The position numbers were made by a program, and so were the translations under genes. The notes below the pieces were generated by a model that made no database searches, was not told the origin of the DNA, and saw only the letters and a program-made list of their open reading frames with translations. Shown piece by piece: positions 36,101-40,909 of a DNA stretch of 40,909 nucleotides (positions within the stretch are counted from its first letter, which is position 1; the number at the start of each line of letters is the position of its first letter). The stretch comes from a virus (taxonomy: Duplodnaviria; Caudoviricetes), in the IMG/VR virus record IMGVR_UViG_3300037962_000344, positions 1 to 40,909 of that record. One strand, written 5' to 3'.

Positions 36101-36400
36101 CCAAGACCTACAGCAGAATTTAGCACAGCAGAGTCTGGTCCAGTTGGAAGAGTGGTAGCTCCTGATGATGTTGAACTAGATGTAGATGAGGTTGGTGGTA
36201 CAAGCATCGAAGATCTTGATTCAGATGTATCAAAACTAAAAGAATACGCTACAGGCAAAAAACCCACAATGAAAGAAATTGTACAAAATAAAAAAAGAAA
36301 AGATAAAGCTGCAGCCATAACAGATGATATCGACGGAGCAGCTTCAGATGCAGTAGTCAGAAGACAAGGTGATTACGATCCAAGTGATTATGAAGACTAA
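33101..36400 (+). CDS. Large modular protein between terL and portal (polyprotein-like)
   Basis: 1099 aa; five R-x5-G motifs, a central HNH-like motif, G/A-rich hydrophobic helices, a Tat-like segment and an acidic C-terminal module. Confidence 0.65.
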   Translation: MKIAQYNDMMSYLTRPEFSDGSGKKPTTIEDLKKSGKIVTGDKYKPSNPKLIQAIRDFEIRHGFRKKNDAGGPQIVEPSKSMQVDTTTRGLPDPLEEFKKQADIFLQASFASTNKDYFNSLIEQEYNKALDAGVQPQEALSFLKERSQMYRTLAEEGRMQGEPAILGPSYGRDNKAIGGGVVEGEDLGTREGFNQPKDPNIEFPFKHSTGATDYGIGRFKDTGKYFRRVGRNKAVTILQEEGESLEDFKKRKGPRVDKAFDKTITTRQYIDNWTKNWLDNNLQKYGVRDFDVMLNDLSNDWQNEIETGNVPEPKKNFNLSSPKLNLPNITASIDVRSKKLRTGESRGLKPFTYDDITFYRSDESSEALKNKTLAQWKKIFYKNKISTDPVLRQGLKEFYDFMAQDKSGLSQKGGLTIRDFLRTKVSDDVQFLIDREASGLDKAAKKEVFHSFPDLKNNYDIFTGSKARLKAIERETEGKIKAGEKTSAQTDELIKQIKAQNKIVAEMKPEELLKDKKLIQSLRLVINSQTGQVSFVGYTENDPRVNKKGVKNDLELAEHAIDRAKKGSLFSYDHISKRSLEKMNTQFPNNIQGANYITNTQMENAKRFLAIPANRNTPAAQNIDKVLSDLNLTVRGKEYGGTYGNKESIVFDSNTNRSNIVDSQLIKKNVIPGRLAKAAGLAGVLFSTAAFGKEKSTLPEGSPGQINQEDKSLIEEYPLLTGAAAAATPLATKTGRKIYGALAKPLLRALGSVPAATYFAGQELTKEDPNYAIAGAELLLPELGKRIPGSGTGIMSKIGRFALNPIGRLARGFTPIGIGLQGVELVNQAMKEQKRINEMRENDPEAYQQFIAEQEDMMRESAAYGGRMSFAEGPEDPSKRKFMKIMGGLASLPIIGRFFDVAKEAAPVLDAVKTEVAKGKPEWFDALVNKVIREGTDMTKQFATKEREIVHATKISDDEYVRVVQDLDEGTVRVEYESPENVYGDQVVLEYKKPLPDEGDPRPTAEFSTAESGPVGRVVAPDDVELDVDEVGGTSIEDLDSDVSKLKEYATGKKPTMKEIVQNKKRKDKAAAITDDIDGAASDAVVRRQGDYDPSDYED

Positions 36401-36545
36401 ACTAACAACCACAATACCACCAAAATCAGGGCCTATGCCACAGGGCTTGAATTTAAACTATAATACTGTTAAAACAGTTAAATTGGAGAAAATAAATGGC
36501 AGACATAGACAAGGCTTTACCAAACGAGCCAAGAAAAACAGTTAG
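36390..36545 (+). CDS. 51-aa protein with PPKSGPMPQGL motif (not in ORF track)
   Basis: MKTKLTTTIPPKSGPMPQGLNLNYNTVKTVKLEK...; overlaps both neighbours. Confidence 0.45.
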   Translation: MKTKLTTTIPPKSGPMPQGLNLNYNTVKTVKLEKINGRHRQGFTKRAKKNS

Positions 36546-38997
36546 TGTACCAGGCGAAGAAGAAATACAAGAACAAATTGTAGAAGAAGTACAAGCTTCA
36601 CAAGAAGAACCTGGTCCAGTAGAAACAGTAGAAAACGAAGATGGATCAGTTGATATCAACTTTGATCCAAACGCAGCATCACCAGAAGGTGGTGATGAGC
36701 ATTATGCAAACTTAGCAGAATTTTTACCAGACGAAGTTTTAGGTGCAATGTCATCAGACCTAAATCAAAAATACATGGACTACACAATGTCCAGAAAAGA
36801 TTGGGAAAAAACTTATACACAAGGTTTAGATTTATTAGGATTCAAATACGATAACAGAACAGAACCTTTTCAAGGAGCATCAGGTGCAACGCATCCTGTT
36901 CTTGCAGAAGCAGTAACACAGTTTCAAGCTTTAGCTTATAAAGAATTATTACCAGCAGATGGACCAGTAAGAACACAATTACTTGGTGTGCAGTCTCCAG
37001 AGAAAGTACAACAAGCACAACGTGTAAAAGATTATATGAATTATGAAATCATGGAAAAGATGAAAGAGTATGAACCTGAATTTGATTCCATGTTATTTCA
37101 TTTACCTTTGTCAGGATCAACTTTTAAAAAAGTTTACTTTGACGAAGTAGAAGGACGAGCTGTTTCTAAGTTTGTCCCTGCAGATGATTTAATTGTTCCG
37201 TACACAGCTACCTCATTAGATGATGCGGAAGCAATTATTCATCGGGTAAAAATTTCTGAAAACGAATTACGAAAACAACAGGTTGCTGGTTTCTACAGAG
37301 ATGTAGATCTTGGTAAACCAAATGACAAAGAAACAGATGTAGAGAAAAAAGAAAGAGAACTAGAAGGTACATCTAAAACAAAAGATGATGATGTTTACAC
37401 TTTGTTAGAATGTCATATAAATTTAGACATTGAAGGTTTTGAAGATGTAAATCCTGAAACAGGTGAGCCATCAGGAATTAAACTTCCATACATTGTAACA
37501 CTTGAAGAAGGTTCAAGAGAAATTTTATCTATCAAAAGAAATTACGAAATTGGAGATCCGAAGAAAAACAAAATACAATACTTTGTCCACTTCAAATTTC
37601 TGCCAGGACTAGGTTTCTATGGCTTCGGTCTCATCCACATGATTGGCGGTTTATCAAGAACTGCAACAGCAGCTTTACGTCAGTTATTGGATGCGGGTAC
37701 GCTCTCCAACCTACCCGCAGGATTTAAAATGCGTGGCATCAGAATTAGAGATGACGCGCAATCAATACAACCAGGTGAGTTTAGAGATGTAGATGCACCA
37801 GGTGGTAATTTAAGAGATTCTTTTATGATGCTTCCGTTTAAAGAACCATCACAGACTTTATTAGCTTTGATGGGTGTCGTGGTTCAAGCAGGTCAAAGAT
37901 TTGCATCGATTGCAGATTTACAAGTTGGTGAAGGTAACCAACAAGCTGCAGTTGGAACTACAGTTGCATTATTGGAAAGAGGATCAAGAACTATGTCAGC
38001 GATCCATAAAAGAATTTACTCTGCTTTGAAAAATGAATTTAGAATCTTAGCAAGAGTATTCAAGTTATATCTACCACAAGAATATCCGTATGACGTAGTT
38101 GGGGGTCAAAGAATGATTAAACAATCCGACTTTGATGACAGAGTAGATATATTGCCGGTTGCCGACCCCAACATCTTTTCACAAACTCAGCGTATTTCCC
38201 TCGCGCAAACTGAGTTGCAACTGGCAACATCTAATCCACAAATGCATAATATGTATCAAGCATATAGAAATATGTATGAAGCATTAGGTGTAAAAAACAT
38301 TGATTCGGTTTTAGTAAAGCCAATGCCACCTGCACCGAAGGATCCAGCGTTAGAACACATCGATGCATTGGGTGGAAGACCTTTCCAAGCGTTTCCAGGT
38401 CAAGATCACAGAGCGCATATGACAGCTCACTTGAATTTCATGGCAACGAACATGGCAAGAAACAATCCAATGGTGATGGCTGCTTTAGAAAAAAACATTT
38501 TTGAGCACATTTCATTGATGGCACAAGAACAAATTGAGTTAGAATTTAGAGAAGAGCTGATGCAGTTACAACAAATGCAACAAAATCCAATGATGGCACA
38601 AAATCCACAAGCTCAACAGCAAGTTATGCAGCTTACACAGCAGATAGAAGCAAGAAAAGCAGTGTTGATTGCAGAAATGATGGGTGAATTTATGGAAGAA
38701 GAGAAGAAAATTACTTCACAATTCGATAATGACCCTATTGCTAAGCTAAGATCAAGAGAATTAGACCTTCGAGCACAAGAAAATCAAAGAAAAGAGCGTG
38801 AAGGTAGAGAAAGAATGGATCTTGACAAGATGAGAGCAATGATGGCGCAAGAAAATCAAGATGAAAAGCTTGAACAGAACGAAGAATTAGCTAAACTACG
38901 AGCTGATACATCAATTGAGAAGACAATTTTGGGAAAAACACTTCCAAGTTCTGATCAAATGGTGCCCAACGTACAAATTTTACGTAAGGGAAACTAA
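36496..38997 (+). CDS. Portal protein
   Basis: 833 aa; SRKDWE, HPVLAEAV.QFQA, GSTFKKVY and PGLGFYGFG segments; Q-rich C-terminal barrel of P22-like type; SD GGAG. Confidence 0.88.
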   Translation: MADIDKALPNEPRKTVSVPGEEEIQEQIVEEVQASQEEPGPVETVENEDGSVDINFDPNAASPEGGDEHYANLAEFLPDEVLGAMSSDLNQKYMDYTMSRKDWEKTYTQGLDLLGFKYDNRTEPFQGASGATHPVLAEAVTQFQALAYKELLPADGPVRTQLLGVQSPEKVQQAQRVKDYMNYEIMEKMKEYEPEFDSMLFHLPLSGSTFKKVYFDEVEGRAVSKFVPADDLIVPYTATSLDDAEAIIHRVKISENELRKQQVAGFYRDVDLGKPNDKETDVEKKERELEGTSKTKDDDVYTLLECHINLDIEGFEDVNPETGEPSGIKLPYIVTLEEGSREILSIKRNYEIGDPKKNKIQYFVHFKFLPGLGFYGFGLIHMIGGLSRTATAALRQLLDAGTLSNLPAGFKMRGIRIRDDAQSIQPGEFRDVDAPGGNLRDSFMMLPFKEPSQTLLALMGVVVQAGQRFASIADLQVGEGNQQAAVGTTVALLERGSRTMSAIHKRIYSALKNEFRILARVFKLYLPQEYPYDVVGGQRMIKQSDFDDRVDILPVADPNIFSQTQRISLAQTELQLATSNPQMHNMYQAYRNMYEALGVKNIDSVLVKPMPPAPKDPALEHIDALGGRPFQAFPGQDHRAHMTAHLNFMATNMARNNPMVMAALEKNIFEHISLMAQEQIELEFREELMQLQQMQQNPMMAQNPQAQQQVMQLTQQIEARKAVLIAEMMGEFMEEEKKITSQFDNDPIAKLRSRELDLRAQENQRKEREGRERMDLDKMRAMMAQENQDEKLEQNEELAKLRADTSIEKTILGKTLPSSDQMVPNVQILRKGN

Positions 38998-39011
38998 ACT
39001 AAGGAGAAAAA

Positions 39012-39194
39012 ATGGAAAAACTAAATAAAATAACTGATGTTAAGGTTGCTGAGCAGCAAACTGAAGTAGATCCAAGATCAAAAACTACTGCAGACAAGTC
39101 TTACAACTTAATTGGCACTGGTGGACCTGAAGAAGAAGTACAAGGTCAAGGTGCAGTGTTAGCTGAAAAGAAAAGAAGATCTAAAGCGTACTAA
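39012..39194 (+). CDS. Small hypothetical protein
   Basis: 60 aa, SD AAGGAG. Confidence 0.7.
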   Translation: MEKLNKITDVKVAEQQTEVDPRSKTTADKSYNLIGTGGPEEEVQGQGAVLAEKKRRSKAY

Positions 39195-39196
39195 TT

Positions 39197-39583
39197 ATGT
39201 GGTTCAGTGCTCTTAAACTAGGCTTAAACGCGGCAACGCACATCTATAAGAAAAAACAAGAGACAAAAATGAAGATGGCGGACGCACAACTTATGCATGC
39301 TGATAAGATGGCTCGAGGAGAGAGTGAATACCAGGGCAAATTGTTGGAAGCCCGACAATCGGACTGGAAAGACGAATTCGTTTTGCTCGTATTAACGGCG
39401 CCAATTTTGGTGATCGCCTGGGGGGTCTTCTCGGACGATCCGGGTGCAGCAGAAAAGATAAAATTGTTCTTTGAACAGTTCCAGCAGCTCCCGTCATGGT
39501 TTACAAATTTATGGATTCTTGTCGTGGCGAGCATATATGGTATAAAAGGAACTCAAATTTTTAAAAACGGAGGAAAAAAATAA
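39197..39583 (+). CDS. Putative holin (GTA-type 3TM-like)
   Basis: Amphipathic N-terminus, SDWKDE motif, two TM helices, LPSWF...SIYG. Confidence 0.65.
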   Translation: MWFSALKLGLNAATHIYKKKQETKMKMADAQLMHADKMARGESEYQGKLLEARQSDWKDEFVLLVLTAPILVIAWGVFSDDPGAAEKIKLFFEQFQQLPSWFTNLWILVVASIYGIKGTQIFKNGGKK

Positions 39584-39744
39584 TGCCTGGAACAATGATG
39601 AAAAGACCTATGTATAAAAAAGGTTCAAAACCTAAAAAGAAAAAATCATTTCCTGATATGTCAGGTGATGGTAAAGTAACTAAAAAAGATATTTTAATTG
39701 CAAGAGGTGTAATTAAAAAACCAATGAAGAAGAAGAAAAAATAA
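39583..39744 (+). CDS. 53-aa Lys-rich protein with EF-hand-like loop (not in ORF track)
   Basis: ...FPDMSGDGKVTKKDILIARGV...; TAATG-coupled on both sides. Confidence 0.7.
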   Translation: MPGTMMKRPMYKKGSKPKKKKSFPDMSGDGKVTKKDILIARGVIKKPMKKKKK

Positions 39745-39905
39745 TGAGAAACTATTATAATATTGGTGGTCCTACTTTAGCTGGTAAACAAAATAAATTA
39801 CCAGCAGCATTAAAGAAAAAAATATTAGCTGCTAAAAAGAAAAAAATGCAGATGAAAAAAGTTAAAAAAGATACACCAAGAACAAAAGCAATGGGGTTAG
39901 CATAA
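39744..39905 (+). CDS. 53-aa Lys-rich protein (not in ORF track)
   Basis: MRNYYNIGG...QNKLPAALKKKILAAKKKK; TAATG-coupled. Confidence 0.7.
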   Translation: MRNYYNIGGPTLAGKQNKLPAALKKKILAAKKKKMQMKKVKKDTPRTKAMGLA

Positions 39906-40123
39906 TGGCAAAACTATGTCCAAGAGGTAAAGCAGCAGCGAAGCGTAAATTTAAAGTTTACCCGTCGGCATACGCGAACATGTACGCATCAGCAGTGTGT
40001 TCAGGTAAAGTCACACCAGGTGGCAAAAAGAAAAATAGAAAAAAAGCTATGGGTGGTGGAATGATGAGAACTGAACTTAGAGTTGGTGGTCTTGCAAGAC
40101 GTAAGAGAATGGGCTGTGCGTAG
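39905..40123 (+). CDS. Small basic protein
   Basis: AKRKFKVYPSAYAN segment; two R-x5-GG motifs. Confidence 0.75.
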   Translation: MAKLCPRGKAAAKRKFKVYPSAYANMYASAVCSGKVTPGGKKKNRKKAMGGGMMRTELRVGGLARRKRMGCA

Positions 40124-40385
40124 TTATTATTCAGAAGGCGGTTTAAGAAAATGGGTATCAGAAAAATGGGTAGACATTGGGGCTCCGAAGAAGAATGGAA
40201 AGTATCAACCATGCGGGAGGTCAAAAGGCTCAAAGAGAAAATATCCAAAATGCGTGCCACTTGCAAAAGCCACACGGATGACAAAGTCGCAAAAGGCGAG
40301 TGCTGTAAGACGAAAGAGAGCTGCAGGTAACCCAGGCGGTAAACCAACTAACGTTGCAACATTTGCAAAGAAGAAAAAATCATAA
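40116..40385 (+). CDS. Small basic protein (DUF5872-like)
   Basis: Likely GTG start at 40116; GLRKW..EKWVDI...PCGR...YPKCVP. Confidence 0.7.
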   Translation: MRSYYSEGGLRKWVSEKWVDIGAPKKNGKYQPCGRSKGSKRKYPKCVPLAKATRMTKSQKASAVRRKRAAGNPGGKPTNVATFAKKKKS

Positions 40386-40507
40386 TGGTAAGAGGATTAA
40401 AAAAAGTAGCTAAAGGTTTAGAGAAAGCATCAAAGACACATGCTAAACAAGCTAAGGTAGTTAAAAAACATATTAAGAAAATGGGTAAAAATGCGAAGAA
40501 GAGATAA
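40385..40507 (+). CDS. 40-aa Lys-rich protein (not in ORF track)
   Basis: MVRGLKKVAKGLEKASKTHAKQAKVVKKHIKKMGKNAKKR. Confidence 0.65.
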   Translation: MVRGLKKVAKGLEKASKTHAKQAKVVKKHIKKMGKNAKKR

Positions 40508-40772
40508 GCAACCACCTAAAACTAAAAAGTATTTCAGATCTACAAAGTCTGGAGCAGGGATGACAAAAGCTGGGGTCGCCCGATATAGAAGAGAAAATCC
40601 CGGTTCAAAACTAAAAACAGCTGTCACTGGTAAAGTGAAAAAGGGTTCTAAGGCTGCAAACCGACGTAAGTCGTACTGTGCAAGAAGCGCAGGTCAAATG
40701 AAAAAATTTCCAAAAGCTGCAGCTGATCCTAATTCAAGACTAAGACAAGCTCGTAGAAGATGGAAATGTTAA
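40491..40772 (+). CDS. Small basic protein (DUF6321-like)
   Basis: GMTKAG...ENPGSKLK...RRKSYCARS...RRRWKC. Confidence 0.75.
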   Translation: MRRRDKQPPKTKKYFRSTKSGAGMTKAGVARYRRENPGSKLKTAVTGKVKKGSKAANRRKSYCARSAGQMKKFPKAAADPNSRLRQARRRWKC

Positions 40773-40909
40773 GTGCAATTAGAAACATCAATCAATAGAC
40801 TTATAAAATTTTTAAGAGTTAGAATAGACTCTTTGTCAATGTCAGTAACGTCCGGTGGGGTTGACAGTATGGAGAATTATAAGTATATAATAGGACAAAT
40901 AAATGCCTA
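40773..40909 (+). CDS. Hypothetical protein, 3'-truncated
   Basis: GTG start; open to the window end (…SGGVDSMENYKYIIGQINA). Confidence 0.6.
   Translation, partial: MQLETSINRLIKFLRVRIDSLSMSVTSGGVDSMENYKYIIGQINA

Noticed and set aside
1-40909. Prophage or temperate lifestyle, DGR, or auxiliary metabolic genes
   Set aside because: No integrase, host genes, reverse transcriptase or recognisable metabolic genes in this window; the capsid and tail genes lie outside it.

Overview
This window is about 41 kb of an AT-rich, podovirus-like tailed phage genome. Gene content and order resemble HTVC023P/vSAG 37-F6-type marine phages, so a SAR11-like alphaproteobacterial host is plausible; this is inference, not a database result. 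From left to right it holds: putative internal-virion/ejection proteins (1-7.4 kb); a replication module with an SNF2 helicase, SSB-like protein, AEP primase, SF1 helicase, DUF3310 protein and a Leu762-type family A DNA polymerase (7.6-16.3 kb); a cluster of membrane or exported proteins ending in an M15 peptidase endolysin (17-21 kb); small regulatory genes, HNH and PD-(D/E)XK nucleases and an iteron-like ori candidate (21-25 kb); terS, then a promoter-dense island with GCTTGNN heptamer arrays and a candidate structured RNA of about 300 nt (25-30 kb); and terL, two large modular proteins, portal, holin and a run of tiny basic proteins (30-41 kb). The most striking signal is an R-x5-G(G) motif found 17 times in 8 putative virion-internal proteins. 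It divides the 1099-aa protein into modules, one carrying an HNH-like nuclease motif and another beginning with a cryptic Tat-like signal, which suggests a protease-processed or capsid-targeted cargo system. Two candidate structured ncRNAs with palindromic loops also stand out. No tRNA, CRISPR array, integrase or RNA polymerase was seen. All functional calls come from reading motifs by eye.
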